A DNA stretch of 64,000 bases. Source: an uncultured Verrucomicrobiae bacterium. GTDB taxonomy: Bacteria > Verrucomicrobiota > Verrucomicrobiia > Chthoniobacterales > UBA10450. The position numbers and the translations under genes were made by a program. The stretch lies in assembly GCA_963824205.1 (NCBI GenBank), contig CAWGOG010000004.1, positions 149,934 to 213,933 of the forward strand, read 5' to 3'. Below, one piece after another: positions 9,524 to 20,366 of the stretch (position 1 is the first letter of the stretch; every line of letters starts with the position of its first letter). Under the pieces are notes generated by a model. It was not told where the DNA came from. It did no database searches and saw only the letters and a program-made list of their open reading frames with translations.

Positions 9524-11936
9524 ACCCTCCGGCAAATCGAGCGGAAGAAATGAAACTCGATATCGGTCACGTTCTGTTCATCGACATTGTCGGCTATTCC
9601 AAGCTTCACCTGGACGAACAAACCAATCTAATCCAGACGCTGCGCGAGATTGTTCGCAATACTGAGCAAGTCCGCCTGGCGGAGAAGGAAGGCAAGCTTC
9701 TCCGCCTGCCCACCGGCGATGGCGGCGCACTTGTGTTCCGAAACAACCTTGAAGCGCCTGTCCTGTGTGCGCTCGAAATCAGTCAGGCGCTCAAAAGCCA
9801 TCCCGAGCTCCCGGTCCGCATGGGCATTCACAGCGGCCCGGTTAACGAAGTAACCGATCTCAACGAACAGGCCAACGTCGCCGGCGTCGGAATCAACATG
9901 GCCCAGCGCGTCATGGATTGCGGCGACGCCGGGCACATCCTGCTTTCCAAACGCGTAGCCGATGACCTCGAACAATATCCGCAGTGGCGTTCGCGGCTAC
10001 AGTCCCTCGGCGAATGTGAAGTCAAACACGGTGTTCGAATTGGCCTGGTCAATCTTTACACCGATGAGGCTGGCAACGCGAAACCGCCCGCGCGACTCGC
10101 TGCTGGCGACAAAACGCCCACTCGCCCCGCCAAAAGACTAACGAACTTTCAACGTCTCCTTGCGACTCTCGTCCTCCTTGTCTGCCTCGGCGTTCCCGCG
10201 CTCATTTTCATGCCCGCGATTCTCAAATCTTACCGAACGAAGGCCGGGACCATGGTTCCGGAAAAGAGCATCGCCGTTTTGCCTTTTGAAAATCTGAGTG
10301 ATGACAAAACCAACGCTTACTTCGCCGACGGGATTCAAGATGAAATTTTGACCAAGCTGGCCGGGATTGCTGACCTGAAAGTTATCTCCCGCACTTCCAC
10401 AGCTAAGGTACAAGAGCAAACCGGAAGATTTGAAGACCGTCTCGCAGCAGTTAGGCGTCGCTACCGTGTTAGAGGGCACGGTGCAACGGGCCGCAGACAA
10501 GGTCCGCGTGAACGTTCAGTTGATCGATGCCCGTGCCGACGCCCACCTTTGGGCGAAAACCTTTGATCGCGAGCTCAAGGATGTTTTCGCGGTGGAAAGC
10601 GAAGTGTCACAGGAGATTGCAAATGCTTTGCAGGCAAAACTTTCGCCTAAAGAAACTAACAACCTGGCCACCGCCCCGACCCAGGATACCGAGGCCTACG
10701 ATCTATTCTTGAAAGGTGAATTCGAGGAGCGGGAGGCGGAAAGCTCGCTCAAACCTGAGGCGTACGATCAGGCTGTTAGTTGGTATCGGCAAGCCGTCGC
10801 GCATGATCCGAGCTTCGCTCTTGCGGTTGCTCGCCTCGCTCGTAGCCAATTAGATCGCCACTGGTTCGTCCAACCTTTAACGGAACCGCAATTGGCTGAA
10901 GTAAAGAACACGATAGACCACGCGTTGACGCTCGCGCCGAATCTGGCCGAGACGCACGTCGCACTTGGAGAATTCTATTACCTTGGCCATCGCGAGTACG
11001 AGCAGGCCCTGGCCGAATTCCGAAAGGCAATCGACCTACAACCAAACAATGCCTGGGCGGCCGAGCTTTCCGCATTTGTCCATCGGCGTCAGGGGAAATG
11101 GCGGGAGTGTTTGACTGAGCTCCTTAGGAGCAAGGAAACGGATCCTCTGAATGCCGTGGTTGCCGCTGACATTGGCACCACCTACGTGCACTTACGGATG
11201 TGGAAGCAAGCCAGGGAGGCCGCGGCCCATGCTCTCGAAATCAATCCACACAATGTCGTGGCGATGCGCGTGAGTCTTGTCAGTTGTCGCAATGGAAGCG
11301 GCGATCTCACCGAAGCGAAACGCTTGCTGGCGACATTTCCGAAAGAGCCTGACCTCACAGTGACGCGTCCCGGTGTCGCCCCGCTCATTGGTGAGCGCGC
11401 TTACCTATCGATCATCGAGCGAGAGTTTGGAGCTGCTCTCACTGTCTGGGAAAACGATCGCAGCGATCCCGGCGAAAAGCGCAAGCAGCTTTCCGCGCGC
11501 TCGGCCATCCGCGTTCTTTCCGGCGACCTGCCTGCTGCTAAGGCTGATGCTGAAGAAGCGCATAACCTGCTAGATAGCCGATTACGTGAGCAACCGAATG
11601 ATGAGTTCGCGTTGGTCCAGTTGAGTTGGGTGGATCTGGCCCTTGGCCGCGTTGCCGAGGCAATCAAAGCGGCGCGAGAAGCCGCGGACTTGCTACCAAT
11701 CGAGAAAGATCGCTTTCGACGGGACGTCGGCGCTGGTCAATCTGGCGGAAGTTCAGGCGCGCGGTGGTCACGGTGAGGAAGCGATTACGATCTTGAAACG
11801 ACTGCTTTCCATTCCAGCGGGCTTTGATGTTTCGATTGTCAGACTAAAGATCGATCCGGTCTGGGATCCGATCCGCAATGATCCGGGGTTCCAACAACTC
11901 CTCGCCGGCAAAGAGCAGATCGGGCCTAACCAGTGA
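9520..11936 (+). pseudogene. Cyclase-homology-domain (class III nucleotide cyclase-like) / TM / TolB-N-like / TPR protein with at least 2 frameshifts (near 10407 and near 11700)
   Basis: ORF 9520-10566 encodes a cyclase-like head (VLFIDIVGYSKL...LRLPTGDGGALVF...MGIHSGPV...GVGINMAQRVMD), then a TM helix, then KSIAVLPFENLSDDKTNAYFADGIQDEILTKLAGIADLKVISRTSTAKV. After a 1-nt insertion (aagGtacaag) it continues in ORF 10430-11776 (PEDLKTVSQQLGVATVLEGTVQ plus TPR). The family C-terminus (KIDPVWDPIRNDPGFQQLL) lies in a third frame, ORF 11643-11936. Confidence 0.6.
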
Positions 11937-11965
11937 CAGAAGAGGATGCGTAACGTTTTCGCCGA

Positions 11966-14080
11966 GTGATGGCCCCGGAAATAAAAAAAGAAATTCAGCT
12001 CGAGATCGCCCATGTCTTGTTTATCGACATCGTCGGTTACTCGAAGCTTTCGATTAACGACCAGCGCGCGGCGATTGACGAACTGACTCAAGCCGTTCGC
12101 GCGACCGAACAATTTCAAAAAGCTGAGGCCGCGGCCCGCTTGATCAAGATCCCGACCGGCGACGGAATGGCGCTGGTCTTTTACAAGAGCCCGGAAGAAC
12201 CGGTGGAATGCGCGCTCGAAATCAGTCGCGCGCTCAAGGGACATCCGAGGATACAACTTCGCATGGGAGTGCACAGCGGCCCGGTCAGCGGCGTGATCGA
12301 TGTGAACGGTCACGCTAACCTTGCCGGGGCTGGCCTTAATATGGCGCAACGCGTGATGGACTGCGGGGACGCTGGACACATTCTTCTCTCCAAGCGCGTG
12401 ACCGAAGACTTAGGGGAGTACGAGCACTGGCGACCGCTTCTGCACGATCTCGGCGAATGCGAAGTGAAGCATGCAGTGCGTGTGTCGATCGCGAATCTGC
12501 ACGCGGATGAAGTGGGCAATCCGCAACTGCCGAGAAAATTCGAGGCCCTGAAAAAACGCAGGGCACGCAAGCGCTGGGCTACTGCGGCGATAGCATTGTT
12601 CGCACTCGCGACAATCGTCGCCGCCTTTGTCTTTTCCCAGAGATCGGCGAAATCGACATTAGCCGCGCCAGAAAAGAGCATCGCTGTTTTGCCTTTTGAA
12701 AATCTGAGCGATGACAAGGCGAACGCCTATTTCGCTGAAGGGATACAGGACGAACTTCTGACGCGTTTGTCGAAGATCGCCGATCTCAAGGTGATTTCGC
12801 GGACGTCGACCGAGCATTACAAGAGCGCTCCGGGGAATTTGCCGGAGATTGCGCGCCAACTTGGTGTCGCCAACATCATGGAGGGGAGCGTTCAAAAGAG
12901 CGCGGACGCCGTGCGCGTGAATGTGCAGTTGATCAAGGCGGCGACCGACTCTCATCTCTGGGCCGACAGCTTCGATCGAAAGTTAACCGACGTTTTTGCC
13001 GTCGAAAGTGAGATCGCCGCGACCATTGCGGATAAGTTAAAGGCGAAACTAACTGCGCCGGAAGCGCAGGCGATTCAGCTGCGACCGACGGAGAGCGCCG
13101 CCGCCCACGAGCTTTACTTAAAGGGGCTCTACTTCTGGAACAAACGAAACGCCGCCGATCTGGAGAAAGCGTTGGCTTACTTCAACCAGGCGGTAGGGCA
13201 GGACCCTAACTATGCGCTCGCCTGGACTGGAATTGCGCAAGCCTATACCCTTTTGCCTCTCTACGGCGGAGCTTCGCCCGCTGACGCTTTGCCGAAGGCT
13301 AGGGCAGCGGCGAATAAAGCCATCCAACTCGACCCAACCTTAGGCGAACCGCACGCTGTTCTGGGTAATTTACTGACCGCCACGTTTGAGTTTCCGGAGT
13401 CGATGCGCGAATTCGAGAAAGCCATCGCCCTTAACCCCAATGACGCGACCACCCATCACTGGTTTGGCGATTCGCTTCTGGAATGCATTGGAGATCATGA
13501 TCGATCCATTGCCGAACACAAACGTGCCTTGGAACTCGATCCTCTTTCCCTCGCCATCAATATCGATCTTGGCTACTCCTATTATACGGCCGGACGTTAT
13601 TCGGAAGCGATTGCGCAAGGGCGCAAGGCGCTGGAGCTCGATCCGAATTCCTATGCTGCCCACTACAATCTTGGCTGGGCTTTGGAAGCCAGCGGAGATC
13701 TACCTGGCGCCCTCGCCGAGTACGCGAAAGCAGTCTCCTTGGATTCCGATCCCTTCGCGCTCGCATTGCTTGGGCACGCTGAAGCGCTCCACGGAAATCG
13801 CGATGCCGCCTTGGAGATTTTGAAGAAATTGACTACGTCCACGCGCTATACACCGGATTACTCCATCGGCCTCGTCTATCTCGGTCTCGGCGATCGAGAT
13901 CAGGCAATGAATTGGCTGGAAAAGGCCTTCGCCGAAAAACAACCGGACGTAAACACCATTCGTTTCGATCCGCTCCTTAAACCACTCCATGGCAACCCGC
14001 GCTTCGACGCGCTTGTTGAGAAAATCGCTCCTGCACGAGTGCTGGAGTCGCTGGTGACGGAAAACAAAAAACCGAATTAG
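11966..14080 (+). CDS. Cyclase-homology-domain-like / TM / TolB-N-like domain / TPR repeat protein, intact
   Basis: The 704-aa ORF has the cyclase-like head EIAHVLFIDIVGYSKL...LIKIPTGDGMALVF...MGVHSGPV...AGLNMAQRVMDCGDAGHILLS. A TM helix (AAIALFALATIVAAFVF) follows, then KSIAVLPFENLSDDKANAYFAEGIQDELLTRLSKIADLKVISRTS and TPR repeats. It ends FDPLLKPLHGNPRFDALVEKI. Confidence 0.85.
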   Translation: MMAPEIKKEIQLEIAHVLFIDIVGYSKLSINDQRAAIDELTQAVRATEQFQKAEAAARLIKIPTGDGMALVFYKSPEEPVECALEISRALKGHPRIQLRMGVHSGPVSGVIDVNGHANLAGAGLNMAQRVMDCGDAGHILLSKRVTEDLGEYEHWRPLLHDLGECEVKHAVRVSIANLHADEVGNPQLPRKFEALKKRRARKRWATAAIALFALATIVAAFVFSQRSAKSTLAAPEKSIAVLPFENLSDDKANAYFAEGIQDELLTRLSKIADLKVISRTSTEHYKSAPGNLPEIARQLGVANIMEGSVQKSADAVRVNVQLIKAATDSHLWADSFDRKLTDVFAVESEIAATIADKLKAKLTAPEAQAIQLRPTESAAAHELYLKGLYFWNKRNAADLEKALAYFNQAVGQDPNYALAWTGIAQAYTLLPLYGGASPADALPKARAAANKAIQLDPTLGEPHAVLGNLLTATFEFPESMREFEKAIALNPNDATTHHWFGDSLLECIGDHDRSIAEHKRALELDPLSLAINIDLGYSYYTAGRYSEAIAQGRKALELDPNSYAAHYNLGWALEASGDLPGALAEYAKAVSLDSDPFALALLGHAEALHGNRDAALEILKKLTTSTRYTPDYSIGLVYLGLGDRDQAMNWLEKAFAEKQPDVNTIRFDPLLKPLHGNPRFDALVEKIAPARVLESLVTENKKPN

Positions 14081-14090
14081 TTAACACAGA

Positions 14091-14444
14091 ATGAGCAACG
14101 GAAACTTCTTCGCTGAACTCAGTCGCCGTAATGTTTATAAGGTGGCCATCACCTACGGCGTCATCGCGTGGCTTCTCTATGAGATCCTCTCCCTGCTTCT
14201 TCCACCCGATGCTACCTCGTCCGTGCTCAATATTTTCCTGATCCTGGCCACGCTTGGATTTGTCCTCGCGCTCTATATTTCGTGGTCGTTCGAAGCAACC
14301 CCGGAGGGATTGAAGAGAACTAAGAACGTTCCCGCGAATGCGTCCCTGCCAACCTGGAGTCGGCGGAAATACGCCACTTTCGTGGTTACGGTTGCGGCCT
14401 TGGCGGGAGCTCTTCGGGCATATCAATTCTTCCGGCATCCGTGA
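14091..14444 (+). CDS. Stand-alone copy of the N-terminal FFAELxRRNVYKVA membrane module (no TolB/TPR part)
   Basis: The 117-aa ORF reads MSNGNFFAELSRRNVYKVAITYGVIAWLLYE...ISWSFEATPEGLKRTKNV plus a further TM helix. It lies 10 nt after the previous paralog. Confidence 0.6.
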   Translation: MSNGNFFAELSRRNVYKVAITYGVIAWLLYEILSLLLPPDATSSVLNIFLILATLGFVLALYISWSFEATPEGLKRTKNVPANASLPTWSRRKYATFVVTVAALAGALRAYQFFRHP

Positions 14445-14584
14445 AGCCCCCCCTCCGTGGGCTCCCGCAGCCTGGGGAGCGTACACTTATAGATACGTTC
14501 CTTTTTGGGGGGGCTGTCGGACCCCGTCTTATCAGTATTGACGGCCCTTCCGATTTCCGATAAAGGACGGACTTAGCAACCGCC

Positions 14585-17500
14585 TTGCCTATGAAGAACT
14601 TCCGTATCGGAGCGCTCGTCGCTGTACTTATTCTCAGCCTTGGTTTCTGGACCGGACCGGTCCGCGGCCAGGGCGCAACTGGAAACCCGGGAACACCTGG
14701 AGTTGATGGTGATAACGGCAAAAAGGGAAACGATGGCGTGCAGCCGGGCGATCCCAACGGCGGCGATGGAACTTCGGGTACCGATGGGTACCTGGCGGCG
14801 GTGAAGCCAGCTCGGGGACTGGTGGTGACGGTCAGTCTGGGCTCTCGACCAGTTCCGCGCCTGCGTCCGGAAATTATCACGGTGAAGACGGCGCAACCGG
14901 AACGGGCGGCGATGGTGGTAGCGGCGGCAATGGCGGACGTGGCGGCAGGGGCGGCGACGGCGCTGCTGTCGGACCGTCAGGCGCGACTGGCGTAACTGGC
15001 GTTACTGGTCCGACCGGAACGATTCTTCCCGCGATCGCGATTTCAGTGACTGGCGGTAATGGCGGCAACGGCGGAGCTGGTGGCAACGGCGGCGACGGCG
15101 GAAACGGCGCCGACGGAACTGGCGGCAATGGTGGCGCCGGGCTCGTTATTTTTTCACCGACTGATCTGACCGGAATCACTTTCACAAATACCAACGCGGT
15201 TGGCGGCAACGGCGGCGCTGGGATCGGCGGCAATGGTGGCGATGGCGGCAATGGTGGAAACGGTGGGAATGGCGGAAACGGTGGAGACGGTACCGGGGCC
15301 GACGGCTTTGACGAAAACGGCGGCGACGGAATCGGCGGCAATGGCGGCAATGGCGGAAACGGCGGTTTCGGCGGCGCCGGTGCAACCGGCGGCCTTGGCC
15401 AAGGCGGGCGCGGCGGCGAGGGTCTCGTGCTTACCGCCAACAACAACATTGATTCAATCACGATCAATAACACGGGCCCAGCAGCCGGCGGTAATGGCGG
15501 CAACGGCGACGGCGGCAACGGTGGCAATGGCGGTAAAGGTGGCAACGGCGGCGACGGCGGTAATGGCGGCAACGGATTCGGCGGCGGAGCCGCCGTCGAA
15601 ATTATCGGGGCCCCGATTCGCGATCAGGCTTTGACATTCGCTGGGACGGGTATCGGCGGTGACGGTGGCAATGGCGGTAACGGCGGCTTCGGGGGCAATG
15701 GCGGCAACGCTGGCGTCGGTTTCGGGGGCAACGGTGGCCACGGCTTGGAAATTGTGGCCGGCGGAACGGTAACAAATATCAACCTGACGAATTCGGACAC
15801 CGCGTCAGGAGGCGCTGGTGGAAATGGAACTTCGGGTAGCGGAGGCGCGGGCGGCAATGGTGGCAACGGCGGAAATGGTGGTAATGGCGGCAACGGAACC
15901 GCTGGACCAGCTTCGAGTTCTGGTGTCACCCCAGGTGATTCCAGCGGTGGCCTCGGTGGATTCGGAGGAAACGGTGCCAATGGCGGCAATGGTGGCACGA
16001 GCAATTTCGGACAGGGCGGAAACGCGGGCGACGGCATCGCCATTTTTGGAAGCGGGATCGATACGGTTACCCTAACGAATAGTGGCACCGCACAAGGCGG
16101 TAATGGCGGGGTTGGTGTCGATCAAGGCGGCGGAAATGGTGGCAAAGGCGGCGACGCGGGGAACGGCGGCAATGGCGGTGACGCCTTGCCTGCCCCAGAA
16201 CCACTCGAGCCTGTTTTCAATTTCGCCGGTAACGGCGGCAATGGCGGCGGCGCTGACGTCGCTTTCGGCGGCAACGGCGGCGACGGTATCACCTTCAGCA
16301 CGGAGGGAAGCATCACCAACGTCACTCTTGATAACCCGGGCAATGCCCTCGGGGGGAATGGCGGCGACGCCACCGGCGGTAACGGCGGAAAAGGCGGCAA
16401 CGGCGGCTTCGGCGGCAATGGCGGCAATGGATTTAACTCCCTAACGAACCAAGATAGCGTCACCAATCTTGCCGGCGGTGGACAGGATGGCGGTTTCGGC
16501 GGCAACGGCGGTTTCGGCGGCAACGGCGGCTCAGCGTTCGCCGGAGATGCCGGCTGGGGAATCGCCTTCCGCTCGGACGGAACTGATACAATTTCCCTAA
16601 CGAATGAAGGCCTGGCTTCCGGTGGTAACGCCGGTTCGGCCGTAGGAGGATCTGGCGGCAACGGTGGCAAGGGCGGCAACGGCGGGAACGGGGGTAACGG
16701 TGGCAACGCGTTAGGCGGCGACCCGGCGATCGGCGGCTTCGGCGGCAACGGATTGGATGGCGGCAATGCCGGTAGCGGCGGTTTCGGCAACACTGCCCAG
16801 GGCGGCAGCGGCGGGGAAGGCATCGGCTTCCAGACTTTTGGCTCCGGCAACAACATTTCCAATATCACAATGTTCAATACCGGCAGTGCCCTCGGCGGTA
16901 ATGGCGGAAACGCCCAGGGTGGCAATGGCGGCAGCGGTGGGAATGGTGGGAACGGCGGCAATGGCGGCAACGGCGGCGACGCTACCGGAGGAATTGGCGG
17001 CAACGAAAACACTTATGAAGGTGACGGCGGCGATGCCGGCAATGGCGGCAATGGCGGCAACGGCGGCGACGGAAGCTTCGGCGGATCCGGCTTTGGTGGC
17101 GACGGCGGCAACGGCGTGAGTTTCCGCTCAAGCGGCGACATCACAAACGTGTTCATCAAGAACCTTGGAACTTTCGCCGGCGGCAACGGCGGTTTTGGCG
17201 CCGGTGGTAACGGCGGCAATGGTGGCAACGGAGGAAATGGCGGTGACGGCGGCAACGGCGGAACTGGAACCGGCGGAAGCGACGGCGAAGTTACCGGCCC
17301 TGGATTTGGTGGAACCGGTGGCAACGGCGGCAACGGCGGCACTGGTGGTAACGGAGGCAGTGGTGCAAACGGCTTCGGCGGCAACGGCGGCGTCGGACTT
17401 CTCTTTGCCCTCGGCGGCATGCCTTTGAACGCTTCTGGTGCCGAGCCCCAAGGAAATATCCAACCAGGGGGCGGATCGTTCCAGAATATTACCGTGATCA

Positions 17501-19449
17501 ACAACGGAACGATTACCGGCGGCAACGGCGGTAATGGCGCCGGCGGTCTTGGCGGCGCAGCCGGCAGTGGCGGCGCCCGCGGCGCGCGCGGCAATGGCGG
17601 AAGTGGAATCGGCGGCGAAGGCAGTGCCGACGGCAATAATGGAACTGCCGGCACGGCTGGCACCTCCGGCGATAGTGGCTCACCCGGCGCAGGCTTCGCC
17701 GGTAACGGCGGCGCCGGCATTGAATTTCGTCGCGCCGAAATTGACGGCGGCGGCGATGGACCCCTGATCATTCCGGTGACTAACGACAGCAACCTGGTGA
17801 TCAACAACTGTGGCGACATTTTCGGCGGTAATGGTGGCAACGGAAACAATCCCGGCAACGCCGGCGAAGGTATTCGAGCGCACGCCGATAACCTGACGAT
17901 CAATAACTGGGGCGACGTTTTCACCGGCACGGGCGCCAATCAGGCGGCCATCCGATTTATCGGTAACAACGACACCATCAATCTGCGCGGTTGGTCCGTC
18001 ATTCACGGCGTCATGACTAACGATGGCGGCGGCGCTAACGACATCATTAACTTCGCCTTTTCGGGGGTCAACAACCAGAAGGCCGCGCAGCTGAATTCGA
18101 TGCTCTCACCATTTCTCACCGGAACCGAGAGCAGCGGCACCATCACCTTCCGGGGTGAGACTTACAGCTGGAACAACCTGATCGTGCAGGATAATCCCAC
18201 TTCCTACCAGGCGTTGGCGACCACCTCCGGTGGAAAATCTCTCGGCGCAGCCTTGGATAGTTTCAATACCACACCGCCGCGCGCGCTTCGCGATCTCCTC
18301 TGCCTGATTGATCAGAGCGGCGCCATTGGCGAGAACCTCGATCAACTTTCGCCACAGGTTTATCAGGAATACAGCGAGATTGCCCTGGCGATTATGAACT
18401 TCACGACCCAGGCAATCGATGCCCGTTTGAACAATCTCCACGATGGTAGCGAAAGCATCGATACCCGCGGACTCGGCGGTATGGGCGGCCTAACGACCGG
18501 CCTCGTGACCGAAACGAATACCATTGCTTATCAGCGCGATGGCAAAACAACGCTGTCCGAGGGCAAAGACAAGGAGGTAGCCGCTCCGGCCCCCGACCAA
18601 AAACAGTGGGGATTCTTTGCCTCCGGCACAGGTCTCTTCGGCGACATCGATGCTGACAAAAATGCCGGACGTCTCAGCGACGCCGACTTCACCAGTTGGG
18701 GTGTCCTCGGAGGTGTAGACACGAAAATCGGCGACCATTTCGTCCTCGGCGCTTACGGCGAGTACACCCACACCTGGGCCGATCTCGACAATCAAGGCAG
18801 CAATGCTGAGATAGACAGTTACGGCGGCGGCCTTTACCTCGGCTGGCATGGAAGCCCGCCCTATTTGAACGCTCTCTTCAACGTCACCAAGAATTCCTAC
18901 GACAGCAATCGCACGATCGCCTTGATCGGGCTGCCCGATCCGGTTGTTCACGCGAACGCCGATGGCCTTCAGTTCGGCGGCGATCTCTCCGGCGGCTATG
19001 ATTTTTATATCGGTGACCATTTCGCCATTGGGCCCTTTGTCGGGCTGCAATATGTCCACTTCGACGTTAACGACTTCAACGAAGTCGGCCCGATCCCAAC
19101 CGGTCTCGTAATTGGGGACGAATTGAATTCACTCCGATCGCGCATGGGAGGCAAGGCGGATTACCACACTACTTTCCGCCGCGTCGCTCTGGATTTTCAG
19201 GCTCGCGCCGCCTGGCAGCATGAATACCTCGACGATGGCCACAACATCACTGGCAGTTTCTTCGGTGGCGGCGGCCCGACTTTCATCGTCCCGACCACCA
19301 TCCACGGCCGCAATGCGGCTCTCTGTGGTGTCGGCGCCAACGTGACCGTCTGGAATATGCTCACCTTCTTTGCCGACTACGATGTCCAGGCCGGCCAGAG
19401 CGATTACCTGGTGCAAAGCGCCAAAGGCGGCTTGCGCATCGATTTCTAG
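14585..19449 (+). CDS. Large Gly/Asn-rich (GGNGG repeat) autotransporter-like surface protein with signal peptide, collagen-like GXY N-terminus, PATR-like beta-strand repeats and C-terminal beta-barrel; apparent frameshift near 14790-14800
   Basis: ORF 14585-14995 encodes a signal peptide ([28 protein letters not shown]) and GXY repeats. The +1 frame stays open from about 14790 and joins ORF 15046-19449 (1467 aa). That ORF carries long [11 protein letters not shown] tracts interleaved with recurring motifs of the form [18 protein letters not shown]. A non-repetitive domain follows, then a C-terminal autotransporter-type beta-barrel ending GLRIDF. Confidence 0.7.
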
Positions 19450-19747
19450 TCCATTCTCTCCCATCCCCTAACGAACTGGCCTGCTTGGTTGCGCAGGCGG
19501 TTCGCGGGGGAGCGGCTCATTCCGCGAAAGGCGACGACCTTTCACACTCTCCGTCTCGCCATTCACTCTGCGCGATTGTAGGGCCGGCATCCTGCCCGCC
19601 ATCTCAACCACCGGCCGCGAAGATCGCCGCCCTACAGTTCCCCCGCTCTGATTTGGCGTTGGCGTATCGCAAACCGAATGACGTCCCCCCGAGAGGGCGA
19701 AAATTGAGCGGAGGATTGCGCCCTCACCGTTTTCCCGTCAGGATCCG

Positions 19748-20230
19748 GTGATGCAAAAGATCACGCCATTTCTCTGGTTTGATCATCAGGCTGAAGAAGC
19801 CGCTAACTTCTACGTCTCAATTTTTCAGAATTCGAAAATCCTCGGCCTAAGCCGTTATGGCGAGGAGGGTCCTGGCCCGGAAGGATCGGTCATGACCGTC
19901 TCCTTCGAATTGAACGGACAGGAATTCGTGGCTTTGAACGGCGGACCTCGCTTCAAATTCACCGAAGCCGTTTCCTTTGTCATTAACTGCGACTCGCAGG
20001 CCGAAATCGATCGCTACTGGTCGAAACTCACGGCCGATGGCGGCGAGGAAAGTTGCTGCGGCTGGCTTACTGATCGCTACGGACTTTCCTGGCAGGTTGT
20101 TCCCAGGAAGATTCGCGAGTGGATGCTCACGGGCGACCCTAAACGCGCTCAACGCGTCATGGCTGTCGTCGGACCGATGCGAAAACTCGACATGGCGGCG
20201 ATGGAGCGCGCCTTCGAAGGAAAAGAGTAG
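19748..20230 (+). CDS. VOC (glyoxalase/bleomycin-resistance) family protein, PhnB-like
   Basis: The 160-aa ORF starts MQKITPFLWFDHQAEEAANFYVSIFQNSKI and ends GWLTDRYGLSWQVVP, which is typical of PhnB/3-demethylubiquinone-9 methyltransferase-like VOC proteins. Confidence 0.75.
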   Translation: MMQKITPFLWFDHQAEEAANFYVSIFQNSKILGLSRYGEEGPGPEGSVMTVSFELNGQEFVALNGGPRFKFTEAVSFVINCDSQAEIDRYWSKLTADGGEESCCGWLTDRYGLSWQVVPRKIREWMLTGDPKRAQRVMAVVGPMRKLDMAAMERAFEGKE

Positions 20231-20366
20231 TCGTAGCCAAGAATGCCCCCAGCCTTGGCGTGCACAGGCGGCGTTGAACGTTTCCTTTCGCGTCCTAAAC
20301 TGAAACCGTGCCCAGCTCCTCCCCCGGAAGCATCGCTGCATCATCGTTGGCGGCGGACCGGCGGGA

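Noticed and set aside
14877-17939. Long minus-strand ORFs (14877-15572, 15624-16088, 16122-17012, 17013-17939) encoding Pro-rich PPLPP proteins
   Set aside because: These are the reverse complement of the GGN(GGC/GGT) repeat tracts of the plus-strand Gly-rich autotransporter. Their open frame is a compositional artefact. They have no start-context support and no independent domain support.
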